NCBI GenBank assembly: GCA_003971905.1
Contig: RSEE01000021.1
Location: 620,001 to 684,000, forward strand
Direction: 5' to 3'
Length of the DNA stretch: 64,000 nt
From: Moniliella sp. 'wahieum'
Lineage: Eukaryota
Shown here: positions 12,829 to 25,723 of the stretch, piece after piece
Layout: each line of letters opens with the position of its first letter
How positions within the stretch are numbered: the stretch's first letter is position 1
Notes under the pieces: model-generated
What the model was told of the DNA's origin: nothing
Databases searched by the model: none
What the model saw: only the letters and a program-made list of their open reading frames with translations
Position numbers and translations under genes: made by a program

Positions 12829-14265
12829 ATGGCCGTCGACCACATCATCACCCCAAGTTTTCCATCCTGTTTCCAACAATTGCCGACCTGCCCCCTGAGC
12901 TGCAGCCAGTCGTTGCATTCCAGGAGGAGCGCTCGTACGACGGGGCGGTCACTTGGTGGATGTGCCTTTTCATTGGTGGCTGTGTGTTTGGGATGTTCTG
13001 GTTAGCTTCCCCTCCGACTGGAAGTATGTGTACTACCCCGAGTGGCAGCGGATCAAGCAGACTGTACAGGAACGGCAATGCTCTTCTCGATGGAAAAAGA
13101 TGAGGGCTTTTTTCCCTACACCAGCCGCGTTCTGTCATATCTTTGCTCGCCTCTTGACCTTCCCCATGTTTGGTCTGGCGTTTGCATACTACCGCCGCCC
13201 AACAAGTTGTCAAGGAGGTATGTACCCGTCTCACGCATTCAACGCACACACGTTCCCTGACTCGTTGCCCATTATCCACCGTAGACCTTTCTGCCTACAT
13301 TGCTCTCTTGGCTCTCAGCAACATTAACGCCCAGGTCATATTTACGCTGCGCACATACGCAATCACCAGGACGCTTCCCTATACTAAGATGCTGTCCGTC
13401 ATTCTCTGGGTCTTGGTAGCTGGAACAGCTGCGAGCTGGCTCGGATGGGTGGGCTCAGTTCGTGTTCACACGTATGTCTTGTCTTACCCCCTATCCAACC
13501 CTGCCCTGTGATGTCCTCTGTCCGTCTCTGTGCCCTTTTGATTCTAACCCTTTTCCTCAGTTGGCCAAATGGGGTGACGGTGCCTCTCAACTTCCGTGTC
13601 GGTATGCGTTGCGGCTCGCTTTATTCTGGCATTTGGTGGCCCGTTGTGGTGTATCTGTTCTCCTTTATTGGCGACGCTGTCATGTTGCTGACGACGTGCG
13701 CGATGATGTGGAACTTCTATTTAAAGAAGGACAGTCAAGAGTCGATCCCCAGCAACTTCAGGGCGCGCGCACGGCGAATCACTCACATTAGCCCTGTTGG
13801 CGGCCAGTTCCTCTTCGATGCACTCCGGTACTTTAGCTTCGCTGTGGCAGTAGAAAGTGTGGGGCTGGCGTTGAGCTGGACCTACCTTCACCGCACTCAT
13901 CCTGCCAACAACGCACTGAGCGGACTAGGCTTGCCACTCCATGCCCTGGTCAGCCTGGCGGTCGCGCCACGCTGCGTGGTCAACCTGCGTAAGGCAGGGC
14001 AAAAACCAATGGACACGACGGGATTTTCGAGCAACGTAAATGATATGTATCCCTCCAAGGCGGACGTACCATCCCTGTCGACATCGAAGTTCAGCACATC
14101 TCGGTCCCCCAGGAGGCGGATCTAGAGAAAGGCACATTGCAGCCTTCTGAGCGGGAATGGAGCGGGCCACCCGTACCAAATTTGAGCAAATTGGTTGAAT
14201 ACCCTGCTACCTTGCCTCCTGGGCCGGCCCCCACGAGCTCACCCTTTCTCCGCCTACACACATGA
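12829..14265 (+). CDS. Basidiomycete multi-pass (about 7 TM) membrane protein, DUF6533-like
   Basis: CVWDVLVSFPSDWKYVY resembles the YDxxxTxxxExxxxW motif. Further segments: FARLL, IFTLRTYAI, DAVMLLTT, LFDALRYF and a terminal RCVVNLR. Introns at ~13218-13284 and ~13472-13560. Several hydrophobic stretches. Confidence 0.7.
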
Positions 14266-14952
14266 GCCTGAACCCTCAGCGGGAAGCAGCTTGCCTTGAT
14301 GAGTAATGTCCTCTTTGTATACGATACGTCTTGCTATATCCTCTTGTTCACGAACAGCGTTTAGTGGCTAAAGGAGGGTACCTGCTGTAACCAGGGTATA
14401 TTTCCTAGCGCAATTTTGTGGACTGTAAGATGTTCTTCAACGCGGTTCCGTACTTTTAGCATTGCGATAGCAAGAGCGAAGCCAGCGATTTGGACGGGCC
14501 TTCACGGAGACACCCCCAGCTACCATCTCTGAGTGTGCCGTCCCGATTGTACACTCTGTTCAGTCCCTTCGTCCTCATTGCGGTGTATACAGTGAATCGG
14601 CGCAGCGCAGGGTGAAAGTGAATTAAACGCCATCTATGCTACACCTTGACGTGTATATCAACCCGAGACTTGCGTCCGCCCCATCGATATTGACATACTC
14701 TTCATCACCGTGACCAGGAAAGATAAACGACAAAGCTCTTCCCACGTGAAGTGACTACAGTGGTACCGGTGAGCGACGGCCAAGTTCCATCCCCCGCACC
14801 CTGCATGTTCGCCCAGTACGCCTCAGGTCACTCAGCCGAAGAGTAACATCCTCGTGACCCATGGGCAACAGCATGGGGTGGCAAGGTCCGATTCAATACT
14901 AGAGAAAGAATCTAGCTGATGAAGGAAGGACACAGGGGATAAATCAACCGTC

Positions 14953-16404
14953 TTATTTGGAAGGCTTCTTGTTTCTTGGTTTTTTTCACCGTTGGCTTAC
15001 TCGTGTCCACGGTAGTGGAAGTAGGTGCAACGGTTGAGGGAGATGCCTCTCTTGGACGTTTGACCGGAACGGAGGCTCGCGGCTTGGCCTTACCGACCTC
15101 TGGGGGATCGGAAACGCTTTCCGTAGGAGCTCCCTTCTCCGCCTCTGTCATCTCCACGTCCGCCGGAGCCTCGATGATATCCTTCAGTCCTCGGCGGGGT
15201 TGGGAATTGAGACCATGGGCCGGGTGGGGAGGAGACGCAAGCGGGGAGCACCGACGATTCCGCGCCACGTCTTGCGTGTCCGAGCACGCTGGAGTAAAGA
15301 GTACGAGGTGGAAGCCACCATCTTCTTGGCTTCGGACGGGGCCAAGCCAAAAAGGGAAGCCAGATTCATTATATCCGCTGGTCCACGTAGTCCCAAGGCA
15401 TCTGCTACTCCGGAGGAGAACACAACGTTTTTGCCTTTGGTAATGCGTAGCAAATCTTTTACGCCTCCAATTAGGTTGCGGCGCGCCTTGCTCCTCCTTT
15501 CAGGAGAAAAAGAGTCGTCGTCTCGACGCAGTGCGTAAATGTCCTCAACTCCTGTGAGGGCACCATAACACACCTCGAACACCGCCCCGTTCTGCACCGC
15601 TGCCAACACGCTGCTTCGACGGAGAAGAAAAGGTAGTCGGGGAGCGGCGGCAAAGTCAAGGCTGATCAAGTCGATGCTGTTGGGTTTAAGTTCGGTGAGG
15701 TTCGTACAGGCCATGCTGAAGGCCGCCTCAGTCGTGGGACAGACCGCTAGCAGATCGTAAGTCAGCAAGGCCGTGGCCGAAGATGATCCGAGTCCATGGC
15801 CAGCCTTGTCAAAGCTCTGTGCATCGAGAATCAGAGTAAGCCTGCTGAGCTGCTCCAGGGCCACTTCGCTTGGTTCCAGAGAGGGATGCTGTCGGCGCCA
15901 GGCCACTTGGGTTCGAGGATCGAGGCGGGGAAGGGGGTTGAGTGAGTTTGGTGCGTGGATCATAGAATGGATTTTGGTGCTGAGATGGATTGAACCGAGT
16001 AGAAATGGTATGATTGTATGCAATGTGTCGGTAACCCACTGCAGTCCAATAGTCAGTCCGGGGTGTCGTTGTCACGAAGAGGGGGGAAGAGACGCACACT
16101 CGTACAGGTCCAGACTCAACGCTTCGATCCTCGACTTCTGAGCGGGGTAAGGCCAGAAAGAGCATCAAAGGGGGTCAATGGAGGGGGCTTGGTGGGGGGA
16201 CCAGCGACCGGCTGCACTTGGGCGGGGGGGTCCTGCGCCTTTTTCCCCTTCTTCTTCTTGGCTTGCGCCGCAAGGGGAGGAGGCTCCGAGCCGGCAGTGT
16301 ACAGGGCCAGCTGGCGGATGTAGCTGGCGTACTCGGGCGAGGCATTGCGTGTGCCAGAGGCTGCAAACATCTGCAGGCCAGGGCACGTTGAGGTCGTAGA
16401 ACAT
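14953..16404 (-). CDS. RPP1: RNase P/MRP subunit p30 (PHP fold)
   Basis: Starts MFYDLNVPWP. Contains GYRHIAYNH after an intron (~16041-16098), QLSRLTLIL, YDLLAVCPTTEAAFSMAC, IDLISLD, GAVFEVCY, KGKNVVFSSG, LRGPADIMNLASLFGL. Lys-rich tail. Confidence 0.93.
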
Positions 16405-16931
16405 GCCGGCCGAACGAGGAGGAGCGCAACCGGGGATCCGCTGTGGTGGCAGCCAGGAAAAAAAAAGAGGCGACGCCCAGCACCGCCGGTGGCTCATTGC
16501 AATTTCATACAGTGGAAAGCCAGGTCACCTGACCGGGGAGGAGACCGAGGTAGCTGGTTAGGTAACCGGTAACCAACCCGGCCGTCGTACGTAATGCAGA
16601 ATGGCCCGATCGCTGAGTGTGGGCAGAAGATCATTCCAACCCTACTGCTTACGCCATCGACGTAGCGAGGCACGATCCAACCCTAGCGGGACGTGATGTC
16701 GTCAGAAATCACCTGGACATCATGCATCAATCATCGCCAGTTAGATCTTCTATCCTCTTCGGCCAGACTGCCCCCCGTCCACACGGGCGTTACGTGGTAC
16801 GCGACGTGCAGTGCCCCCCCGCCTTCTTAGCTCAGCCTGAGCGTGTTCGTCGACGGGCAGAGGCGGGGCCGTGCACGCCCCAACCCAAACACGCTCTCCT
16901 TTGTTCTTCCACCACCATATCCCTCACCCTC

Positions 16932-17467
16932 ATGTCATCCACTGAGCCTACCAAGACCGCTGAGCCCGTCGAGGCTCCCGCTGAGACGCCTGAGAAGGTT
17001 GTCCCCGCCGCGGAGCCCGAGGCCGCAAAGGCAGAGGAGAAACCGGATGAGAAGGAAGCGCCTGCTGCGGAGGAACAGCCCGAGGATGACGAGGGCGAAG
17101 ATGAGGATGAGGACGAGGTACGCCCGCTTCCATGCTCTCCATCTATACAATTCTAACACACAACAGGAGGAGGACGGTGACTTCGTTGAGAACGAGGATG
17201 AGCAGGACATTGAGTACAAGTAGTATATCTTGCTGCGCGTTGTGAAGCACATTCTGACTCCCCTACAGCAGCGAAGACGATGACGAGGATGATGAAGAGG
17301 AGGATGAAGAGGAAGAGGAAGAGGAGGAGGAGGAGCCTACCACAGGGTATGTCCCCCTTTTACTGCTCACATCCACTCGACTGACATTGTTGCCTTGCAG
17401 TTCCAAGCGGAAAGCGGACACGGAGGCTGAGGCCGAGGGTGAGACCAAGGCTGCCAAGACCGACTGA
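16932..17467 (+). CDS. Small, highly acidic disordered protein with C-terminal bipartite NLS (prothymosin/histone-chaperone-like), 127 aa, 4 exons
   Basis: Exons 16932-17117, 17167-17219, 17269-17346 and 17401-17467 join in frame through canonical GT-AG introns. The product ends ...EEEEEEPTTGSKRKADTEAEAEGETKAAKTD*. Confidence 0.8.
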
Positions 17468-17603
17468 GGCTGATGAGAACCTCAAGCTCAATTGCAGCTT
17501 CGCTAAATTCTACGCGAAATATCACGCGTGGGTCTTGTATCGCTTTCAAGCAATGTACCAATCTTGTCTTCCATGCATCTCATCTGATAGCAGCGAGAAG
17601 GTC

Positions 17604-18450
17604 TCATGGATCTTGACTCCTCTTTTTAGAAGAAGCTTTGACGGCCTTCTCTGCTCGTTTTGCTTCTTTCGCTCGTTTCTTGGCCTCTTTGGCAGCTTTC
17701 TTTTCTTGTTTGGCTGACCGGCGTGCCTTCTTCTCAGCTCTCCTTTTCATTTTCTCCGCCTTGTGTGCGCGCTTGCGCTCTTTCTTCTCCTTCTTCGCCG
17801 CCTTGGCCGCTTTCTTGGCCTTCTTGTCAGACTTAGACTTGTCGCCCTTCGATGTCGTTTCCTTTGAAGCGGTAGATGCAGCTGCTGCCCGCGCCTTCTC
17901 TTCCTCCTTCTCCTTGGCTAACTGTTGAGGCGTAGGGCCCATCTGAATTGTCCCGCCACGAAGGAAGCTGCTCATTAGTTGACGTCGAGCTTGTTCCCGT
18001 TTGGCCATTCCCTGGAGCGAAAGTGTGCTCCCGGTCGGCGTGTTTGATCCGGAAGGAGCTAAGGATGTGGAGGCGGACGACGAGCCACTTGCCAGTGCTT
18101 TGGCGCGAGCCTATGCGTGCGTCAGGACTCTATTGGCAACTCGGGATATGGATACAAACAACGTACCTCAAAAGACAATCCCACCACTCCACCGCCCTGT
18201 CGCGGTTCTGCCCCAGCCCTTTGTTATCCCTCTTTTGAGGGATGGAAAGGGGTTTTCGAAGCCCCTTGCCTGCATGCCCATCAAGGGCAACCCCATGGCC
18301 CTGCCATCCGTGCCCCTGGAGGTACTGAGTAGGGTTGAAGCGGGTGGAGTGCACTCCGCGCGCAGCGATGGCACTGATGGATGACCCGCTGTCGGACACT
18401 TCTTCGCCCTCAAACTCGAGGCGGCGCCGCTTGGCCAGGTGGAGCGCCAT
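17604..18450 (-). CDS. TMA23: G-patch ribosome biogenesis protein, Tma23-like
   Basis: QYLQGHGWQGHGVAL...GLRKPLSIPQKRDNKGLGQNRDRAVEWWDCL matches the Tma23-type G-patch followed by WW. LMSSFLRGGTI and a long KE-rich tail follow. Confidence 0.8.
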
Positions 18451-19062
18451 AGGTGGAGTGGGGTATGAAGAGAGGCAAGGCAGACGTGTGGCGAGTCAAG
18501 GCAGAGGCGCAACAAATTTTTTATCCCGAAACTGAGCAACCCAAAGCAGCAAGGGCGCTAAAATTAAAAGCCCACAGTGGATTACGCTATCAGCATCACA
18601 CTCTCAGATCTCACCGATCATCACACATCAATCTCATCCGTCTCACAAAGCCAATAATCCATGTCACGTGATGACTGTTTACAGTTTGTTACCGTATGAG
18701 TTAGGGGGGAAGAGAGTAGAACCAAAAAAGTACTCAAGGTGACCATTTGTTGGTAGAAGAGGGTAGGCATGACTAGGGCAAGGATGGAGAAATTATGAGT
18801 GCGAATACCGAACAAAAGGGCAGTGACAGGTATACTGATCCAGGATTCAGTTGTAAATTTATATACCCGTGCCGTCATATGTCCTCCCCCTCTTTGAAGG
18901 AAGAGCGGCCCTTGAGGGCGTCCAAGGTCATTGACCTAATATTCGCGTGTCCGTTTTTCACATGAAGAGTCGTCAAAAACATTTGTAGACTAGTGGTGAA
19001 GAGTATACATCAGTGCTGGGTACAACTTATCATAACATCATTCGTAGCCCATCTGGAACCGT

Positions 19063-19830
19063 TTACACGTTCATTGCTCTGATTGTACTACCGCGCACAA
19101 TGTCGTCCGCCGATGGGACATTATCGCCCTCGACCGCCCATTCCTGGGCAAAGGCCGAGTCAGCAATTCGCAGGATGTCGGTGTGGGGAGAGACAGAGTT
19201 GACAAAGTGGTTAAGCACGTAGCCCTGCACCGTCAACGTCCCAGCCAAGTTATTGTTGTGCTGGACCCGCGGCCATTGTAGGTCAAACCGCATGCCGGAG
19301 GCCGAGTCGGTAGGCATGATGATGCGATCCAACCCGACCTTGACCCAAATCATGGGGACCACATGGTTGGATCCAGTCCTCATTACTTCTAACCCTCCGT
19401 GGCGAGTCGGTCCGGCGTTGGCCTCGCGGTGCACAGCCCATTTCGGGTCGTTGGACGGCAATGTATTCCATCAGGCCAATAGAAAAGGGTGGGGCATCAG
19501 GAGCCTCACCATGGCCGGACGGGAGGACTCCGCCAATATTCGCTGGAGTAACAAGCACCCAATCTCCCCTAGTAGGTGGGGTGGCTGCCTGGGAGCGGAC
19601 TCTGTAGCTCAGGCTCTCAGGAGACAGAGCAGAGTGGGTTGATAGGTCGTCAACGTTGAAGGGGTCCAAGATACTCCACACAGGTTAATAATTTGCTGTT
19701 TTACCGTTACCACTGCGATCAATGCCGTGTCAGGCACATAGAGACGGAGACCCCTAAGGCCTAACTAAATAGCAAGCGTTACCTGAGACAACCACGGCTT
19801 GCAGCGTAACCAAAAAACAAAGTGGTACAT
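19063..19830 (-). CDS. Putative secreted orphan protein (effector-like)
   Basis: ATG at 19830 gives a hydrophobic leader MYHFVF(L)VTLQAVVVS, which needs one indel in a T-run. A canonical intron follows at 19713-19782 (GTAACG..CTGAC..CAG), then overlapping ORFs 19283-19681 and 19063-19461. No recognisable domain. Confidence 0.45.
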
Positions 19831-20166
19831 TTGTAAACGTATGGACAGAGAAGTCGAGGGTGAAGCTTGAAGGAATAAGGTGTAGGGTGACGAGGGTGTA
19901 GACCGACCCGCGTGTGGCTAAGCGGTTGGTCGATAGTAGAGACTGGATGATGCATAATGCATAACGGCCGCAGCTGGCCAAAGCCTTACACAGGACTGCT
20001 GTGTACTGAAAAGATCTGACAAGTATAAACCGGATGGATGCAGGGGCTTTACACAGAGGGCAAGACTATAAACGTAGCGTAGACCCTCATTATACCGCTA
20101 TCTCAACCTGCTTCTCATAGGGGACATGTTCAACGGGGAAACATCAATGGATTGAGTGTGTAATGC

Positions 20167-20653
20167 TTAGAGAGCACCCGACTGGTCAATCTTGATGGTG
20201 CCGTTGGTCTTGCCCGAGCCGAGCCGTACGACTCGACCTTCTTGACAACATCAAAGCCCTCAATCACCTCACCGAACACGACGTGCTTGCCATCGAGCCA
20301 GGGGTAGGAACAGTGGTGATGAAGAACTGGGAGCCGTTCGTGTTGGGGCCAGCGTTGGCCATCGAGAGAAGACCAGGCTTGGTGTGCTTGAACTTGAAGT
20401 TCTCGTCGGGGAACTTGGAGCCGTAAATCGACTTGCCGCCCGTGCCGTTACCAGCAGTGAAGTCACCACCCTGCAGCATGAACTGGGGAATGACACGGTG
20501 GAAGGTCGAGCCAGCGTAACCGTAGCCGTTGGACCCCGTGCTCAGCTCGAGGAAGTTCTTGGCCGTCTTGGGCACGTCAGCATCGTACAGCTGGAAGACA
20601 ACGCGGCCGAGGGGCGAGCCGTTGCGGGAGATGTCGAAAAAGACCTTGGACAT
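20167..20653 (-). CDS. CPR1: Cyclophilin A peptidyl-prolyl cis-trans isomerase
   Basis: [80 protein letters not shown]. An upstream intron at 20657-20772 ends just before the ATG. Confidence 0.98.
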
Positions 20654-22542
20654 GGTCTGTGAAGCAGAGTCAGCACATCCGCGCTTGGCTGTGGGAGGGA
20701 CACCTGAGGGACAACGTACGAGCAGAGTGGAGTGGAGTAGACTCGGGTGGGGGTAAAAATGCTGGAACGTACCAAGCAGCGGGGCTATTTAAGCACTGGC
20801 CTTGGAAGCGGTGCAGAAGGCCGTGCGCAACCCTATGAGAAGAAAACGCCCAACAAGGCGGGCACGAAGTCGGGCGTCGTACTGACGTACTGACGTACTG
20901 ACTGACGCGACCGACGGCCTGACGCCGATTGATGATCGATGATCGATGATCGAACACTCGGGAGGCGCGCCCGTGCGTCAGTTGGCCTGAGCGCCACGCA
21001 CACTGCCCCGTGCGAGGAAGGATGGCTAATGCCCCGACGGAAGCCTCACGCAATGGTGACGGGTGACCGGTGACGGGTGACAATTGGGGGGATGGCGCAC
21101 ACACTTCCCCCCGCCTTGGCTGCATCGCTTCGGCCTGCTTCTACGCCCGTGTGCGCCGCGGGGCATGTGGAGCTGTGCACGGACCTCCACGCAACGCCCC
21201 TTCCGCCCAGCGCACGTGATGCATGACGCGTGATGCATGATGATCCATGAGGCTGAGGAGACCCCCACTGAGTACTCAACTGAGTATGGGCCCCACTGGC
21301 ACCTGCCCCTCGTGGTAATCGATAGCCTGGCGGCTGTGCGCTTTACCACTACACTTGCCCCCGCTCTCCCACCTTCTGCCTCTGGCCACGACAAGCGCAG
21401 CAAGCTGGACGAATGGGGTTCTTGCCCAACTCCTGAAGCAGAAGGCACCGGCGGGCACTAAGCTTGGTCCCAGCCCGCCTTGGCACGATGCACATGACAT
21501 ACGCATGCACCCGCATCTTTTGCCTACTGGTGCTGATATGTGCTACGGGCTGCTAGCGCTGATATAGGTTTTGAAGATCATATAGTCTTCGCGGCTCGGT
21601 AACAACAAAAAACTGATATGGTGCACGTCTGCTCATCATCTCATCATCCGAGTCGAGTGGCATATAATTGGCACCCTTGGCCACCTCGCCCCCGGCATGC
21701 CTTCGACCAGCATGCCACTTTTCGTCCTTCGTGGGAAGAGCGAGTGATCGCTGGCCCACCCCATCCGTACGACCGGGAGGGAGTGAGCCAACGTCTCCAA
21801 CGGCAGTGGAAGGTACTGGTCAAAAATACACAACAGAACGCTTCACCGGACCGTTCAGGGGCGCCCGTCGTCCATCAGGCGCCACTGGAGAACGGCACCG
21901 TGTGTCATGCTGTTTTTGGAGGTCGGAAGAAGCACGTCCTGCTACCGCGCCCCCCTCCTCGGTATCATCTTGTTCCACCAGCGCTGCTGCCCGGATATCC
22001 CTTTCTTTTCCCTGTCTTTGCACAACGGGCTTGTGAAGGGATGCATCAGTGCTCTGTTTCGTTGCCTGTGTTGGATGGATCCCCAATATCCTCCCGTCCC
22101 ATGCTCATCTTAGTTTTTACTAGGCCTCTCAGTCGCGCTCGACCTCAATATACCTTAGCGCATACGTTGCCCCCAGTCCCTGGGGATGTCTGCCCTTTTC
22201 ACCTGTTCTCGACTTGCTTGAAGCCTGTCTGCAAGCCGTCATCATCGGCGTCGCCAGCTGGGCGCTGGGTGCTGTGTCCCGAAATCCCACGTCCCTCAAT
22301 TTCCCCAATTTTCATACACTCTCCTGCAGATAGTGCCAAGCTACCGACCTAGGGCAGCTGATTTACCCCGGGCGGAAGTATGCTCCATTCCGCCACACTG
22401 CTAGAGCGTGCAAGCGGGAGCACAGCGTAGGGCAGCTGAAGCTCTTAAACCAGCGCAAGTGCATCGTGCATCGCCGGCCGACGCGTACCAACCAACAAGC
22501 GCTCCACACCGCCCCCCCACCCTTGCAAGGTCGTCCGCCACC

Positions 22543-23165
22543 ATGTCCATGCCCGACCTATTGAGTCTGCTGCAAAACTCGGGTGCCAAAGTGGAGACGC
22601 TCTCCTGGGGCCAAGTGCGGGACCGGGCGCTTTCCTCCTGTTCTGACGGCACACCGACGGCGTCTGCCACCGAGGTAGAGCAGGAGGCACTGCGTGCGTA
22701 CCTTTCGGATGAGGCAGGCAACAACAAGCATGACATTTACTGTCCCCGTGAAGGCTGTGGGGTGAAGGTGTTCCGCCGATCAGCAGCGCAGTACGCCCTG
22801 CGCCCACCTGGACCGCTTGCCCTTCCTGCTGCCGCTCTGCCAGGCGCTGTTGCGCCTCCACCCTCCGCCTCGGATTCAGCGTTTTGGAGTCTGTCGTCGC
22901 CATTAGCATTTGACAATGTGGGGTTCAGCAAGGATGTACCGTACGGGGGAGGGCCAAGTACCTGATTTGCGGGGCGTGCGAATGCGGGCCGTTGGGATAT
23001 GTCCTCCTCCCACATGAGATGCGCGCTGGTGGGCTCGCACACAGTGTGAGCCAAACCATTGATGCCCACTCGAATGCGGCACTTCCATCCACAGAAAAGG
23101 TTCAGCGCCCCCCAAGACAAGACTTTCTCGTTGCCATTGACAGGGTGCGGTATCCTGCGGCGTGA
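22543..23165 (+). CDS. DSS4: Mss4/RABIF/Dss4-like Rab guanine-nucleotide release factor
   Basis: Zinc-ligand pairs IYCPREGC and KYLICGACECGPLGY. Also FWSLSSPLAFDNVGFSK and terminal FLVAIDRVRY. Confidence 0.9.
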
Positions 23166-23791
23166 CGTGAAAGAATGCGGGAACCTTGATGTTGTCTTGA
23201 TCCTGGCAGAGGTGACCGGTGAGCCGGTAGTCAACTGAGCCCATAATCGGTGTCCGGTCTTCCGATCTTCCTCGTCGGCCCTAGCAGTATCGGTGACGCT
23301 CTGGGTTGGATGAACGGGTGTCGGGGACCAGGTTCAATGAGCTGAAGCCATCATCGCCTCATCGATCTCATTGGCCATCATGAATCATTCTGCGCCATTG
23401 AATAGAAAATTGCCTCGTTCGGCACATCCAAAGACGCATTACTCTGGTCATGATAGTTTGGCATCAGTACACTGAGGTGTACTAAGGAGGTGTGCTAAGT
23501 ATGTAAGATGTAATCTTTGCTTGCTATTCTCTACTGAGTTCACTCACTGAAGAAGTGGAAAGATTGTTCATGGTATTGCCGTTATACCCCCACTCGCACA
23601 GTACCCCACAGCCATCCGCGCATACTTCACATGACGTACACCTTGTTGATCAAGATCCATCAAGTGTGTCCGTGTTCTTTCCCGACTGTACACGAAAAAG
23701 TGACCGACATCATGGTACGTTTGATGTGTAAAAAAACAGATGAGATTCGATTAGAGCAGCCAACCAACGACAGAGCGAGTCATGTGTCGTG

Positions 23792-24963
23792 TCACTGCGT
23801 GCTTTGGCAGATGCGATCTCGGTATCCTTCTTTTTGGGAACGCGATACAGGCAAGGAAGATCCAACCACCACCGTAGACCGAGGGACCGATGCGCCAGAT
23901 CTCGGGTCCCTGTTTGATGGATTCGACCACGAGGGCGAGGCTGAGCACCAGGAGCCATGCACCGACGGCAGTGCAAAGTGCCAGACGGCGTGTCCCTGCA
24001 GGAACAGCAAGGTAGGAAAGTGGTGAGCACGCAGATGGTTACGCGCATCACGCAGCCGTTGACAAAAAACATTCTCTAGGTTCCAAATGAGGAACCCAAG
24101 AAGAAAGACGGTCGTGCCGAGAAAGAGAAGTTTGCGCGCAATGCGTACATGGTGCGCTCCAATCACCGTGTGTCGGTCCATGGGGAGCGGGAGCTGTACA
24201 GCAGCCACAGAACCCGCCCCGCCGCCGAAAGGAGTAAAGCCGCATACGCTGCATGACGCGCCTGGTTAGTGCGCGCACGAACCATACTGTGATACCAGCG
24301 AAATGATAGACGGGCGGATGGGATTGGGACGTACCAGTTTGGTGAAAGACGGGGTTGTTGAGAACCACGTATGCCAATGGGATGACAACCGAGGTCCCGA
24401 TAAAGATGGCAGGCAACAGGATGGGATGGTAGGGTTTGGTGGGGCTGGTTTCGTATGCCGAATAGGCAAACCCGCTCGCAGCCCAGATCATTGGGATTTC
24501 CTAAGATGATCGTCAGTCGATATCGCGACAAAAAGTACAGATGGAGGAATGATGCGTACATCCATAAGCTGGGCACTGTACTTGAGTGAACCATGGAAAG
24601 CAACCGAGCCCAGACCGACGATTCCGAGCGCTGGGAGTGGTCAGAACACAAATACACCGGCAAAGAAAAGAGGGGTGGGTGGGGGGCACTTACCTATGGA
24701 ACACACGAGGAAGCGCGATTGCATCTGGTTTCTGAGCACCTGGCGCGCCCGTACAACGCTAGGTAGATGAAGATCATGCTACTCAGAGTGTTGGCTGGCT
24801 CGGCGATCCAGCGGGACCATTGGTACTTCTCCTCGCACCAGTACAGCGTGCTACACAGTCAGCAGTGGCCGGCAGCGGGTGGAGTGGGGAGGGGATGAAG
24901 CTCACCATGTGATGTCACCCCAAGCACCGCGGGGCAGGGATCGTCGCGAGCGATGAAGGCCAT
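23792..24963 (-). CDS. Alkaline (phyto)ceramidase, ACER3/YPC1/YDC1 family, multi-exon
   Basis: WCEEKY..IAEPANTLS, GLGSVAFHGSLKYSAQLMD, VFHQT, GFLIWNLENVFCQRL and QGHAVWH (CREST-family His residues). At least 4 GT-AG introns. Confidence 0.92.
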
Positions 24964-25723
24964 GGCGGGCGGTGGGTGCGAGGGCAGGTGAGGGGGAGGC
25001 GAAGGCGCGGGGGGGGATGGGCTGGAAATAGGCGGCGAGGCAAGCGAAGCGTGCTGAGAAGGATATGAACGTTGCGCTGAGAGGCTGAGCGCAAGACGAG
25101 CAAGCTGAGCACGTGGGGTTATTGACTGAGCCCTCCTGCCGCATACCGGCTGCGGGCGCCGGTGCTGAGTGGAGAGTGGCTAGGCGAGAGTAGGCATGGT
25201 TCGGCAGGATAGTGCGAGCAAGCCGGCTACCCGATCTAATCGGGCCTAAGGCTAAGGCCCAAGGCCCAAGGCAGGCCCAAGACCTACCATTCCAAAGACC
25301 TACTCGATCCGGCAATCGACCTCATCGATCATCATGCATCATGCATCATTAATCATTTGTGTCCCACGTAAGCACACTTAGATAGTCGGGGCCCGTGCCA
25401 GCATCGGACGGGCCCGGATCTTAGATGTTATGACTGACTCAGCGCAGGTACGTCAGCGCCTCAGCGCAGCAGATAGATTGATTTCACTATTCCCCCCGCC
25501 CGTCGCTTCATCCGCAGCACAGTCGTGGCTCCACCCGATAAGCGCACTCACATCCTATTCCGCCCATCCCATTCCGCCACCGCCCGTCATTTATTTTTCA
25601 CCCCCTCCCACCTCCACCGCCTCCCCGTCCCCGCTTCAGCCCCGCCCCCGCCCCACCGCCATCATCCCTCGCCCTCGCCCCCACATCCCCTTCGCCCGGC
25701 GGGTCCAGCGCCTGCTCCGCCCC

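Noticed and set aside
18621..18878. 85-aa hydrophobic ORF on the minus strand
   Set aside because: No motif, atypical AT-rich codon usage, and it could be a chance ORF in spacer DNA.
21553..22352. ORFs between cyclophilin and the MSS4-like gene
   Set aside because: No recognisable domain or consistent frame on either strand, so a gene call cannot be supported.
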